A stretch of DNA of 63,602 bases, filler included, from Octopus bimaculoides (Eukaryota): NCBI RefSeq assembly GCF_001194135.2. It is 10 parts of 9 records of this genome, joined end to end, with 100 filler letters (N's around TTAATTAATTAA, not from the genome) between each part and the next. Parts side by side here need not be neighbours in the genome. Positions count along the whole stretch, not along the records: positions 12,824 to 18,764 come from NC_069006.1; positions 18,865 to 24,149 come from NC_068982.1; positions 24,250 to 51,552 come from NC_068995.1; 7 more parts are not named here. One strand, written 5' to 3'. Every line of letters begins with the position of its first letter. The first letter of the stretch is position 1. This document shows positions 13,011 through 26,641 of this stretch, one piece after another. The notes below the pieces were generated by a model. That model was not told where the DNA came from. It saw only the letters and a program-made list of their open reading frames with translations, and searched no databases. The position numbers were made by a program, and so were the translations under genes.

Positions 13011-13376
13011 AGTTCATGAACCCCAAGTACTAGCTTTGCGGACCACCAGGGGTCCATGGACCAGAGGAAAGGAACCACTGCATTAGCCTATTGGTGTTCC
13101 TAGACCGGTACAGCCCAATGACCAAACTAAAGTGATAATGGCGTGCAATTCGCGCGCCTTTCAGTAGGACGACAAAGACCGTTGGAATAATTGTACAACA
13201 GATAAAATCATCAACGCCGGTTTTAAGATGATACAGTAGTAAACTCTGGTAGATTTCCTGAAATATCTTGCCGTCATGGATCTGAGCATTTAATTTAGAT
13301 TTGTATTTTACTCTAAGTAAAGCTTCTGCAATTATTTTTCTCATTTAATTCTTTTGCGTCTGTGTGTGTGTGTGTA

Positions 13377-13434
<58 letters not shown>

Positions 13435-13627
13435 TCTATATAAAAATGTCAGTAATTTTTGTCTATGTGTGTACGTATGTGTGAATGTCTAAACGTATGC
13501 TTATATCTATACAAACTACATACATACATATATATAAATGTATATATATACATATATACATACCCATATACATGGCTCGAAACGTCAAAGACTCTCTATT
13601 CCCGAGCGTTAAACTAATACATCCATT

Positions 13628-13914
13628 GGATCTTTTTTAAAACGGGGGCCACATTTTTCATTAACGAAACACTTTGAAACTTGGAACACTGGTAGAATGT
13701 GTCATATAAAACATCTTTTTCTCTTAGTCTTCTTAAAAAAAAAAGAAATCCATAAATTATTCCATGTTAAAGTTGTCGTATTTCTGTAATTTCAACCAAT
13801 CACTGACGTCCATTCAGCCGATATACATTAAGTGCCGACTACATAAACAAACGATTCTGAAACAATTAACCCTAACCCTAACTCTAACTCTAACCCTAAA
13901 CCTAACCCTAGGGT
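13628..13914 (+). mobile_element. Second copy of the 518-1370 MITE family, carrying telomere-type (TAACCC)n repeats
   Basis: 13628-13810 aligns with 519-710; 13866-13914 reads TTAACCCTAACCCTAACTCTAACTCTAACCCTAAACCTAACCCTAGGGT. Confidence 0.75.
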
Positions 13915-14749
13915 NNNNNNNNNNNNNNNNNNNNNNNNNNNNNNNNNNNNNNNNNNNNNNNNNNNNNNNNNNNNNNNNNNNNNNNNNNNNNNNNNNNNNN
14001 NNNNNNNNNNNNNNNNNNNNNNNNNNNNNNNNNNNNNNNNNNNNNNNNNNNNNNNNNNNNNNNNNNNNNNNNNNNNNNNNNNNNNNNNNNNNNNNNNNNN
14101 NNNNNNNNNNNNNNNNNNNNNNNNNNNNNNNNNNNNNNNNNNNNNNNNNNNNNNNNNNNNNNNNNNNNNNNNNNNNNNNNNNNNNNNNNNNNNNNNNNNN
14201 NNNNNNNNNNNNNNNNNNNNNNNNNNNNNNNNNNNNNNNNNNNNNNNNNNNNNNNNNNNNNNNNNNNNNNNNNNNNNNNNNNNNNNNNNNNNNNNNNNNN
14301 NNNNNNNNNNNNNNNNNNNNNNNNNNNNNNNNNNNNNNNNNNNNNNNNNNNNNNNNNNNNNNNNNNNNNNNNNNNNNNNNNNNNNNNNNNNNNNNNNNNN
14401 NNNNNNNNNNNNNNNNNNNNNNNNNNNNNNNNNNNNNNNNNNNNNNNNNNNNNNNNNNNNNNNNNNNNNNNNNNNNNNNNNNNNNNNNNNNNNNNNNNNN
14501 NNNNNNNNNNNNNNNNNNNNNNNNNNNNNNNNNNNNNNNNNNNNNNNNNNNNNNNNNNNNNNNNNNNNNNNNNNNNNNNNNNNNNNNNNNNNNNNNNNNN
14601 NNNNNNNNNNNNNNNNNNNNNNNNNNNNNNNNNNNNNNNNNNNNNNNNNNNNNNNNNNNNNNNNNNNNNNNNNNNNNNNNNNNNNNNNNNNNCGCCAACG
14701 ATACACACGCCGTCAAATAATATATATATTATATATATTTATATATATA

Positions 14750-14905
14750 TATTTTCTCCGTGTTTTTCTCCTTGTCTCCGTATTCTTTCTGTTGAAGAGC
14801 GTAGCTCGAAACGTCAAAGACTTTCCGTATTCCCGAGCGTCATACTAATATATACTTTTGTTATTTACACCACCTGTCCTCGTCTGTTGTTATTATTTGT
14901 ATATT
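14750..14905 (+). mobile_element. Penelope-like terminal-repeat fragment (family D) with hammerhead-like motif at 14784-14820
   Basis: TCTTT CTGTTGA A GAGC-GTA-GCTC GAAAC GTC AAAGA followed by CCCGAGCG..ACTAATA..CACCACCTGTC. Related copies at 13575-13625, 58290-58440 and 61300-61410. Confidence 0.6.
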
Positions 14906-14912
14906 CTCCAAA

Positions 14913-14951
<39 letters not shown>

Positions 14952-15617
14952 TAAATACATAGAGAGACAGTCAGACACACCCCCACGCACACATACATAC
15001 ATTGCATAGATAATAATAATAATAATATTTTATAAGCGATTCAAAACGTACATGCGAGACATATATACATGGACGGACGGATGGCTGGATGGATGGGTAG
15101 ACAGACAGATAGGCAGACAGACTGACGAACAGACAGATAGGCAGGCAGATAGGTAGATAGACAGGCGTATATGAACAGATAGAAAGGTAGGTACGTAGTT
15201 AATTCGAGTAAGCCGACAGATACGTGTGTACGTGTGTGTGTTTGTGTGTGTGCAAGTGCCAAAACCCAATAGACAGGAAAAAAAACGTACATATAGACAA
15301 ACAGACAAACAAACAGAGACAGACGGAAAGGCAGGCAGGCATGCAGGCATCTCTGTCGACCAATCAGTAAGCTCCTGGATATAAGATACATGCATAGGTA
15401 TAAAGTCGCCGTACGAACACCAATAACTAAACAACTAGATTAATTACTAAGTAAACAGCAATTTAGCTTGGTAAACCTTACCTGAAACCAACATGGCTTC
15501 CACAGCGTATTGACACAAACACTGAAACCTTTCTTTTTTCGCATTAACATTAATGGAAGCCATTCAGTTTTGGAATGACACTGTTTTCAGCACTTTCGCT
15601 CTCTGTCTCCTCTCTCC

Positions 15618-15659
<42 letters not shown>

Positions 15660-15769
15660 TTCTTTCTCTCTCTTTCTGTCTGTCTGTCTCTGTCCCTCTC
15701 TCTCTCTTTCATTCTTTCTCTCTCGCGTTTTCTATATATATGTGTGCGTGTATTTGTGCGTCTGTGTTT

Positions 15770-17312
15770 GTCCCACGACCATCGCTTGACAACCGATGTT
15801 CGGTGTGTTTACGTCCCCGTAACTTAGCGGTTCGGCAAATGAGGCCGATAGAATAAGTCCTAAGCTTACAAAAAATAAGTCTTAAAGGTGGTGCTCCAGC
15901 ATGGCCTCAGTCAAGACGACTGAAGCAAATGGAAGAATAAATATGTACGTACATACATACGTGTGTGTGTGTATGTGTATATGTATGTGTATGTGTGTGT
16001 ATGTGTGTGTGTGTGCGTGTGAGTACAGGGAGACATGATAATTCACTTCCTTTTTCGGAGTTTCACGCATGCAGAGTATTCATACCAGTAATCGGAGAAA
16101 CTAAATATTGTAAATTAAGTCCCGGCTGGAAAAGGCAACCTTCCATTGGTCAAACAGGGTCACGTGGACAAATATAGCGAAGGCCAAAGGTGGCTGGACA
16201 AGTATGATGTAAAGGCAGACTACCCGGTGCAGGACTAAGCTCATTGACGCCATGAGAGTGTGTCGGGCAGCTTGGAACTTTCAAGCACCCGAGTACTATT
16301 TTTTTTTATCTATCATGTTTTACTGGTTTCGGTCATTAGACTGTGGTCATGCTGGAGCACCACCTTAAATGATTTTTTTCAGTCGAAAAGAATCAACCCC
16401 ATTTCTTATTTATTTTGCCGAGCCGCTAGGTCACGGGGACGTAAACAAACTATCAGCAGTTACCAAATAGTAGATGGGACAAACGCGGACACAAAGACAC
16501 ACACACACACATACATATATAAATACACATACACACATTTTGGTTGGTGCTAGGTTATAGTAGAAGACACTTTCCCAAGATGCCAGGTAGTGGTACTGAA
16601 CCCGGAGTCATGTGGTTGGAAAGCGAACTTCTTACCACACAGCCACAGCTGCTACTATCCAGAAGAAATCTCCTCAGGCGATAATCGTGAAGGGATGGAG
16701 AAAATTCTACATCTCTGCCTGAATTCACATGGAATCTCAAGAACCAAATTATTTGAATGCCATCCATTGACGTGAAGTATGGTCTTCAATGCTATTCCAC
16801 GCTTCAGATTCTGTCTAATGAAAAGGTACCAAATAATTATTAACCCCTTCCCCAGTGAATTTTCTTGGAGAAAATGTTTCATCTTCAGACGAATTTTTTT
16901 ATTGCTTTTTTTTAATAGTATTTTTAAGGCTGATTAAGGAAACAACTTTTGTTTTTATCTATTTCCAATATTTCATTTGAAATTTTATTTTGAAGATATC
17001 ATTTTCGGCAAAAACGTGTGTGTATGTGTGTGTGTGTTCGTATGTATATATGTGTGTGTGTGTCTTTTTGTCTGTGTTTGTTCCCCACTAGCGCTTGGCA
17101 ACCGGTGTTGGTGTGTTTATGTCACCGTCACTTAGCGGTTTGGCAAAAGATACCGATAGAATAAGTACTTGATTAAGAAAATAAGTCCTGAGGTCGATTT
17201 GTTACACTAAGACCCTTCAAGGCGGTGCCCCAGCATGGCCGCATTCAAATCACTGAAACAAGTAAAACATAAGCACACACACACACATATATATATATAA
17301 GTGTGTATCTAA

Positions 17313-17343
<31 letters not shown>

Positions 17344-17480
17344 TCTCACCCATTACCACTTGACAACCGATTTTGTTTTGTGTACGTCGTAACCGCAACT
17401 TAGCGGTTCGGCAAAACGGATTGATAGAATAAGTAGCCGGCTTACCAAACAAACAAACAAAAAATAGGTACTGATGTCGA
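15770..17480. mobile_element. Cluster of family-A SINE pieces (15770-15940 +, 16300-16640 -, 17075-17275 +, 17345-17480 +)
   Basis: Recurring ACAACCGAT/GGT..GGTGTGTTTA..CTTAGCGGTT..GATAGAATAAGT tail; head in reverse at 16555-16640. Confidence 0.8.
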
Positions 17481-17699
17481 TTTGGTCCCTGACAAATTCC
17501 AGAAGGAACTTCGTTCAACGATGTAACATTTCCGCCACTTCAATGTCTTGCATTTCTGACAAATTACCACGAAACCCCGAGAAAATGAAAAGCAAAGTTC
17601 AGTCCCTCGGAGAGATTTTTAGTCAGGACGCAGAAAACCAAAACAAACGCACGGCTTGATTAATTTCATGCGACAAACAGATAATCGATAGACAGATAT

Positions 17700-18015
17700 C
17701 GAGGCATCATCCAATCAGGCTGATTGCCTGGGCCAGTCTGACTACCTCCCGATCTCTTCATCCCTTCCGATCTTCTATTAGTGTTTTTAGGTCTTCAACT
17801 TGGCATCCAACATCTTCTCCAACCTGTTGTATATACGTCTCCCATGGTCATTCAGCCGCTGTGGTACCATGGTTTCATGTCCACAGCAACACATTACTCA
17901 CAAGTTCTTCTTTACTTCTCCAGCTGTGGCCAGCAAATCTCGATCTCCGCTCATGGACGGTTGATGAGAGAGTTGGTACATTCCTATAAAAACGGTTGTT
18001 TTGTTGGGTGCGCCC
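17700..18015 (-). mobile_element. RTE-clade LINE ORF2 C-terminal fragment (third family)
   Basis: LYRNVPTLSSTVHERRSRFAGHSWRSKEELVSNVLLWT*NHG...TYIQQVGEDVGCQVEDLKTLIEDRKG*R, matching the RTE C-terminal R-x-R-F-AGH...GR..DR..W pattern. Confidence 0.75.
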
Positions 18016-18570
18016 TCCAAAAAAAAAAAAAAAAGTGGAACACGTTAGAACAATTAAGGAGAAATATGTGATTGCAGAGACGTTTTACAACGGGTGCTGC
18101 CCCAGCATGACCGCATTGACTTGACTGAAAGGAAAAGCAATGAAAGAGCAGAACAGAAATGTGTTTATATTCATTTTTAACCGATTGGCAAACAAATATA
18201 TATAACAGATTCTACACACTTCAAGCTGGAGTGTGTTTTGACAACTTATACATTGTCCTTCGAATGATATATATAATGTTTGTATATATGTATATAAATG
18301 CATGCAGACATAAATATATACATACCTTCCAACAAACATTTATGTATGCATGTATAAACTTTCACTAATGTATACATAGACACACACACATGCACACATA
18401 TATATGTATATATATACATACATGTATACAAATATGTATATATATAAATATATTATATATATACATTCACACATATATATACATATATATATACATATAT
18501 ATATACACACACATTCGCATATATATATATGTATATATATATATTTATGTGTGTGTGCGTGTGGGTGTGC

Positions 18571-18614
<44 letters not shown>

Positions 18615-18864
18615 AAGACTTCAACAAGTAGAATAGCACTCGGTCAACTAAGAGAGGAAAGATGTTATAATGAAAAAAAACAACACACACACACACATGC
18701 ATTCATACATATCTACACATATACATATATATATGTATATATATAATGCATAATATATAAAGTGNNNNNNNNNNNNNNNNNNNNNNNNNNNNNNNNNNNN
18801 NNNNNNNNTTAATTAATTAANNNNNNNNNNNNNNNNNNNNNNNNNNNNNNNNNNNNNNNNNNNN

Positions 18865-18907
<43 letters not shown>

Positions 18908-19996
18908 ATATATATATATAAGCAAAGTAGTAAGTTGTAAAATCTCAAGTAGAGATGAGAGTAGTAACTATACACACAAGTAAAGTTAATCGCCGCAGCA
19001 AAGTGACTGTTCCATGTCACTATTAATATCTTCTTTATAAATCTTTTTTCCGTTTTATTTTTATTTTTATTGTTCATTACTTTTACAAACGCTCATACAC
19101 TCACACTAACATGTGTGCGCGTGGGTGTATTTGTATGTATGTGTATGAGTTAATGTGACTACATATGCATCTATATATGATTTGATCTGAGTTTTCTTTT
19201 GTGTTTCTATACCGTTTCATTGCCCACCGATGTAAAAAGGCAACATAATTAATCCCATTTAATCTTTACTCCCGTTTATAATACGTATGTGTAATCTACC
19301 CTAAAAACGTATTGACTATCAATATGTGAAATACACCAGACATTTTAAAGCAACCAGATGTATCAATATGCGAATTTTTGTTACTGTAGACACTAATGAC
19401 TTTCAGAAACGATTGGTATCAGCGAATCTGGGATGTTTGCACAAACGACTTCCAGGTTATGTATTTGTAAGACTGGGTATTTTCTTTATTTACATGTTAT
19501 ATATCTAAAGCGTCACAATGAAAAGCACGTAGAAGTAGTCTGTCGTGGGTTCTCTATTAGGGAACCTCAGACTGCTGAAACCTCAGAACACTGAACTTTG
19601 GCGCCCAACCTTATTAATTTTCTGTATCCACAGATACATTATTAGATTCAATCGATATTGTTTAAAGTTATCTATAACAAAAATAATTATTTGTAAATAA
19701 AGTAGTGTGAATTAAATATACGTCTTGCTTTCATAGATAGTTATTAAACGAAGAAGAAGGAAATTTTAATTAAAATAATATTTCAGATAATGAATACTGA
19801 ATAGAGTGAAATAATTAGGGAATCTTTTATTTCAGAGAAAACACGAAAATGTTGATTTTACACTTCAGATTTCATTCAATTAAGAAAAAAAGACGATAAT
19901 TGAAGCGAAAATAAAACATTAATTAGACATGAATGTCGATTTGATTTTTGGTTATCCTTTAAATTTGTTAAATCTCACGTTGGCATACAAACAAAA

Positions 19997-20063
<67 letters not shown>

Positions 20064-21141
20064 CAGAGAGTGAGAGATACCCATATAAATGTCGGTATAT
20101 ATGTATATATTTCTGAATACATTCATGTATACATAAGAGCACGTATCCATAGATATACAATCATAGATACACACATACGCATTACTTAAACATACACATA
20201 TTCAGACACCAGCAAATAAGTTGTCAAATTTTCTTCATCCGAAATCTTACGGCCTTCAGCAATGGTGTGTTTCATTAAATATCTAGCTGAAAGCAACGAG
20301 CTCTCAACCTAGACAGCGGTCTATAAACTATTCAATTTACTAACACAACGCCTCATCTAAAACATTTAAAATTTCAATTGTTTCTCGAAATGTTCGATTT
20401 GATAAAAAGCAAGAAACACGTAAAACGTACATGTATACGTATATATATATGCACGTGTATGGCTGTGTATGTACATGCATATACATATGTGTACGTGTGT
20501 GTATGTGTGTATTATAGTAAATCCAATTTATTAGACGTCTTATTTTAATCGACACAAAATTCCATTTAAGCATCAAGTTGGTTATTTTTGCCAGTCAGTG
20601 TGCAATTAATATGTCAGAAAAGGAGAAATTCCATGCTGAAATTTTAATGCATTTACAACATTGTTTTGCTGGTAAATTTACATTTTTCTTGCGGACGACA
20701 GAAAGGAAAACATCACGTAAGTTAGTTTAGTGAATTGTTAACGAGTTCTTTTGTAGGTGTCCGCATAGAATGTCTGTTGAAAGCTTGTAGAAACAATGCT
20801 AAAACGCCTTTATAGGCGAGGTCGTTAATTGCGTTTGAAAGCAAAGACAAAAGAGTGAAATATAATGAATAAAAATATGTTGAAAGAGAGATATTTGTAG
20901 TTGTGTTAATAGTAGTGGTAGTAAGAATAGAATTAGTATTAATAAATATTTTGAGGAAATAATAACATATTACAGGCGAATGAAATAACAGCAATAGAAA
21001 TATACCGAATAATTATACAAAAAATCTTAATGCACTCGTCACAGCACACAGAGTAGACAATTATCATTATATACACGCATATAGATATACATAGACCAAC
21101 ATACATACATGCGTATAAATATATGTGTGTGTGTGTGTAGG

Positions 21142-21185
<44 letters not shown>

Positions 21186-21326
21186 CTTATATATATATAG
21201 AGAGAGAGATAGATAGATATATAGATATACATACATATATATATGCATATATATGCATTATATATATACTTTTATATATATACACACACATATATATGTA
21301 TGTGTGTGTATTTATGCAATTATGTG

Positions 21327-21380
<54 letters not shown>

Positions 21381-22952
21381 TGTGTGTGTGTGTTTGTAAG
21401 CATGCTTTCATATCTTAAATACTATTAATATGGAAGAACTATTTGAAAGCATAAATCAACGAATAAACCAAAAACGTATCGATTATTGGTCGTCTGCAAT
21501 ACCGATTACAACAAAACATATTTACATCAACTTCATTTTGTATGGAGAGCTATACATGTTCGTTTGATGCATATATTAACTTCAATACGCACAAATATCT
21601 TCTCCAAAATAGAAGGGTTTCATATGTTTGAAACGAAATCCACTAACACACGCCTGCAACTTATACTATACAACGTAGCCGCCGGAAGTTAGAACTAGTA
21701 CGCAGACGTCATTTGAACCACCTAACTGTCAATTTCTGGATGACTATATACGTAAACAGATTTAATGTCATTTAGTGTTAGTATATTTATAATTCTTTGG
21801 AGGCTGTGTTGCTCTACGATTAGATTTTTGCACACATGAACGTAAACATTGTAGTTTCGATTCCTGGACCAAAAGACTTCATTTTATGTTCCTTTAGTCA
21901 ATTCAACTAGCAAACATGAGTAATCTTGCGGTGGACCAGCTTCCCGCTCGCTTTCTATACGCCACAGTATAATCCGTCCCATGTGCCTATGGATCAGGAA
22001 GGACTTTGGAACGCATTTTGAAATTTATAACGTACGTTGGTGGTTATTTAGAGAAATTTGAAACAGAATGTGATACGATAGAATACACTAAACGCTCATA
22101 CAGAGATTGCTGATATGGCAGCGATAATAGCTCGCAAGTTAGTTTTGAAAACACAACTTAAGCAAAAATTTAAAACTTAAAAGAGTACAGAGAAGTGTGT
22201 CTGTATGCTATTATATATGTAGGTTCATGCGTTGGTATATATATATATATATATATATGTACGGGTAGGGGGTACATATATGTATGTGTGTGTGTGCTTA
22301 TGTTTATATGAATGTATTCATGTACATGTATATGTGTAAACAGAGAGGAAGATGCAGGTTCTACACGGCAGAGACGCATATCATTCTACAGGAGGTGAGT
22401 ACTTTCCTAATCCCAGAAAGGAAAATTTTCGGATACCGTCCTCATGAGTACAAAATCGGTTTGGTGATGTGATCGGGTCTATGTTTGAACAAGGGACTGG
22501 TATATGTACTCCCATATACAGCTTACATGCTTTGTCCATGGCTAGGACCAATCCACAAGATATATCCTCACCACCATCACTGAGAAATGGTATAATGCTA
22601 TATTTGCTTTCATTGTTTCGTTCCATTTCGTTTTTCACCACCCACGAGCGAAGCTAGAAACTATGACTTTGTATATCCAACATGAATGAAGCTATGCTCT
22701 TCCAGCCAGAATGTCTGAAGAGTGGCTAATATTACCTAAGTGGCATATTCGTTAGGAAAAGAATGATAACATTTTCGACACTTATACGCAATAGCAAGCT
22801 CGACAGAATGTAAACATATATTCCCTCTATTTTTTATATTAAGTGTAACTACCTCACAATGTGTGTGTATGTGTGTATGTATGTACGTATGTATGTATAT
22901 GCGTATGTATGTATGTATGTGTTCGTATATATATATATATGTGTGTGGGTGT

Positions 22953-22991
<39 letters not shown>

Positions 22992-24249
22992 TGAGTGTGT
23001 GTGTAATATACGCATACATTGAGGACAGACAGAAATAAAGTTAGATAGATACAGAAGATAAAATACGATTGGAGTCTCTTCATAAATTACGATTACGTCA
23101 TTTTGCACGCGTCTCGGTGAAGATAATGGCCGAATCATGTAAGAAAGTTCTGTCTCGAAATCAGTTCGTTGAAAGTTGTAATGATTTGTTTTCAACTTAA
23201 TTGTATGTTCTCTAAGGTAAATATACTATGACATATTCTGATGTGTTATCATGAATTCACAATGCGTTGTAACTGAGATTTTTCATGAAATATCCTTTTC
23301 TATTTCTTAATGAGAAGATTTCAACTTAATATAAATTCATTCAAGATAGCGTTCAATTAACTAAACGAAGTTCCCTAAGTTTAGTGCATAGTTCATATAT
23401 TATTCACTTGCATATCTGTATTTAATTAAAACTTGCTATCGAACGAGAATCGAGCCAGCATAATGCATTTGATTTTGTAAGAATTTGCGAATTATCTATT
23501 TTTGCTTTATAAATCTACCAGTTTTACTATACATTTGAATCAACCGTTGAGGTATAATCTGAAGATACAATGAAAGAAATAAAGAAAGATTTGCCATTAA
23601 TCCTTATAGTTCCAGTTTAATTTAGCAGCAACAAATCTTTCATTTTATCCGACAAAACAGTTGCTATTATGTGTCAAAAAAAGCGAAAGTGATGATGTCG
23701 GTGGAATCCATAGCTGAAAATAATATGAATTTGACAATGTTTGGAAATGTTGCCAACGTATTGGAGATTGACGCTATTGGCACGAGCAGAAAAGCAATTA
23801 ATCTTTCAAATTAGATCAACAGGAAAACAATATCGGTTGATTTAAAGAATACGTAGTTCTATAAAAATAGTTTTTTTAAGTTTTCATGAAATCTAGCTTT
23901 TTTTTTTCCTTTTTTCTCTGCTTCCATCCTCCTATACAAAGCCACTAAACTGTCCATGCGGCGTTAAAATCTTCCAGAGTATCTCGATGGTACTCAATAG
24001 TCTGTTTATCTGTTGTAGCTTTATTTGTTTTATATTACAGCATATTAACTGATCTTGTTCGTGAGCCATATCAGATAATGAAATATGTGTGTGTATGAGC
24101 GAAATGTGTATATGTTTGTACGTATGTATAATTATATATATATATATATNNNNNNNNNNNNNNNNNNNNNNNNNNNNNNNNNNNNNNNNNNNNTTAATTA
24201 ATTAANNNNNNNNNNNNNNNNNNNNNNNNNNNNNNNNNNNNNNNNNNNN

Positions 24250-24499
24250 GACTGGCTTGTGCGGGTGGCACATAAAGGACACCATTTCGAGCGTGGCCGT
24301 TTTCGTGCGGGTGACACGTAAAAGCACCCACTACACTCTCTGAGTGGTTGGCGTTAGGAAGGGCATCCAGCTGTAGAAACTCTGCCAAATTAGACTGGAG
24401 CCTGGTGTTGCCATCCGGTTTCACCAGTCCTCAGTCAAATCGTCCAACCCATGCTAGCATGGAAAGCGGACGTTAAACGATGATGATGATGATGATGAT
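24250..24499 (+). mobile_element. RTE 3' UTR fragment ending in (GAT)n
   Basis: Homologous to the 3' UTR following the RTE ORF at 45390-45607; about 99% identical to the reverse copy at 38276-38462. Confidence 0.85.
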
Positions 24500-24500
24500 A

Positions 24501-24554
<54 letters not shown>

Positions 24555-24599
24555 ATGTATGTGAGTATGTATATATATTTATTTATATACATTGTATAT

Positions 24600-24841
24600 T
24601 AGTAGAAACAACTGATGCGGAAGACAGAGTAAGCTGGAAACTTTATCACAACGATCATTTCGATACATCGTGCATTGCTCCCTCATGGATAAGAAAACTA
24701 TACAATGAGTTCCAATGGAGGGTGCATTGGAATTCATTGTATAGTTTCCTACCCATAATGGAACATTGCATGATGTGTCAAAACTACCGTTGTGATAAAG
24801 TTTCCAGTATACGCTATCATCCATATCAATTGTTTCTACTA
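24600..24841. mobile_element. Foldback MITE (whole element is an imperfect palindrome, ~120-bp arms)
   Basis: TAGTAGAAACAACTGATG..CTGGAAACTTTATCACAACG..TATACAATGAGTTCCAATG pairs with CATTGGAATTCATTGTATAG..CGTTGTGATAAAGTTTCCAG..TTGTTTCTACTA; termini resemble the CAGTA pogo/Tigger type. Confidence 0.75.
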
Positions 24842-26132
24842 TACTAAATGGGCACTGAGGAATTCTTAACCTATATCTAGCAATGATTGTGCAATTACCG
24901 TGTATTATGCAATGTAGCTATAAGCAGTGAACATGCTTTGCCAGCATATTACTAGCAACATACCTAAAGTGCAGTTTTAATTTTTAATTTAAATCTAAAC
25001 TTTAATTATAACTATATATACACACACACACGTGCGTGTGTGTGTGTGTGTGTGTAGATATGTACACATTAGTTTGTATTTTATATGTAATCTAATGTGT
25101 ATGCAAATGTGTTAAGATTTTTTTTTTTTTTTGTATGTCTATCATGCATAGACGTAGGTATGGAATGTGAGAGTAAATGACCATTTAAATCTTTTGTGTT
25201 GGGCTAATTCACTTGTACTTGTCTACATTTAACAGACAGGAAGTCTGCTATGTATTTGATGACCATTTGATATATGCCCTGGCACCACTGTGTCTATAGC
25301 AACCTCAGATTATTTTGATATTGCTATGCTGAACCATAAATTAAATTTTCGTCATTCTTTCCTCCTGTGATTTTTCATGTCTTTTAATTGCCTATTTGAC
25401 CACACCTACTTTCTCTTCTATAAATTGGAATGTTCAACTTGAACACAACACTAGCTTAAATTAGTAGGATAAATCCCTGGTTAAACATTTAAATTAAATT
25501 AAGCCTGATAATGGTGAAATTGCATAATATTATGTAATCTTTTACAACTATGTTGAATAAAATTCTACCAAAATAGCTGTCACTAATTTAAATGCCATTT
25601 GTGTATTACTATTTTATACTTACGACGCACCAAAGATACACTGGCAAGTCAGATCATTGGTTATCAATTGGACTTGATATTTACATAACCACAGTACCCT
25701 GTAGAGGACACTGCAAACAGATTTAGGTGTATTTACACCATTTGCCCACAGCAAGAAATTTTCTTCATGACAAAACATACTGAATGGCTTATTTATGAGT
25801 TTGAATGTGCCACAAGCATATTTGAATGGGTAATAACATTGCATTTATACATATCACTGCTTAGTACTCCCACTCTGTAATGTCCTTATGGTGAACCACC
25901 ACATAGCACTATCAGTAACCATATGGTGACTGAAATAGCATTAAAGAAACAATCTCTTTTATCAGTTTGCAGCATCCCCTGACAAGTGTCTGTGACCAAA
26001 AAGTAAATTTTCTCTCCAAAATGCTTGCATCTCACAGTCTAGATAGGTAGTGCTGTGAACAGATTTTGGTGTATTTACAACATTTGTCTACAGTGAGAAA
26101 TTTTCACCATGAGAAAACAGTGACTGGCTTGT

Positions 26133-26290
26133 TTAACCCTTTAGTGTTTAGACCGGCCAAAACTGGCTGGAAATTATTCCCATTTATTTGTTTGAAACAG
26201 CCAAATCCAGCTGTATCTGATTCCTCAACAAAATCGCTAAAAAATTAAACAAATTACATTACTGAATTCTCATAGTTTTGAGATAATCTA
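26133..26290 (+). mobile_element. piggyBac-like MITE left end (TTAA-CCCT), truncated
   Basis: TTAACCCTTTAGTGTTTAGACCGGCC start; interrupted by the Helitron-end fragment. Confidence 0.45.
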
Positions 26291-26555
26291 TCTATGAGAA
26301 TGTGTGTGTGTCTGTCTGCATCACTAAAACTTGAGAACTACCCAACCGATTTCATTCAAATTTTACACATGCTTTACTTAGAGTCCATGCAGTGTCATGG
26401 GCCAAAACATTTTCGACTTCTTGCCTAATGTGAGCCCAGAGCAATCTCTTATCTCTTATACAATTTCAGTATTATGTGTCAAAAGTGAAACAGTAACATC
26501 TCTATTGTGATGTGAGATATTTCAGTTTTAATACTTTCAATATTAATACTCAAAC
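26290..26555 (+). mobile_element. Helitron 5'-end fragment, inverted relative to the 27714-30957 element
   Basis: ATGAGAATGTGTG..TAAAACTTGAGAACTAC..AACCGATTTCATT..AAATTTTACACATG..ACTTCTTGCCTA..GTCAAAAGTGAAACA aligns with the reverse complement of 30620-30880. Confidence 0.75.
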
Positions 26556-26585
26556 TATTATGTCACATATATACATATTGTGTGT

Positions 26586-26608
26586 ATGTATATACATAGA
26601 TTTATATG

Positions 26609-26641
<33 letters not shown>

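Noticed and set aside
13866-13914. True telomere or chromosome-fusion scar
   Set aside because: Short, degenerate, embedded in a MITE, and in CCCTAA-then-TTAGGG order rather than fusion orientation.
22381-22641. 86-aa minus-strand ORF with normal composition
   Set aside because: No recognisable homology; cannot be supported without expression data.
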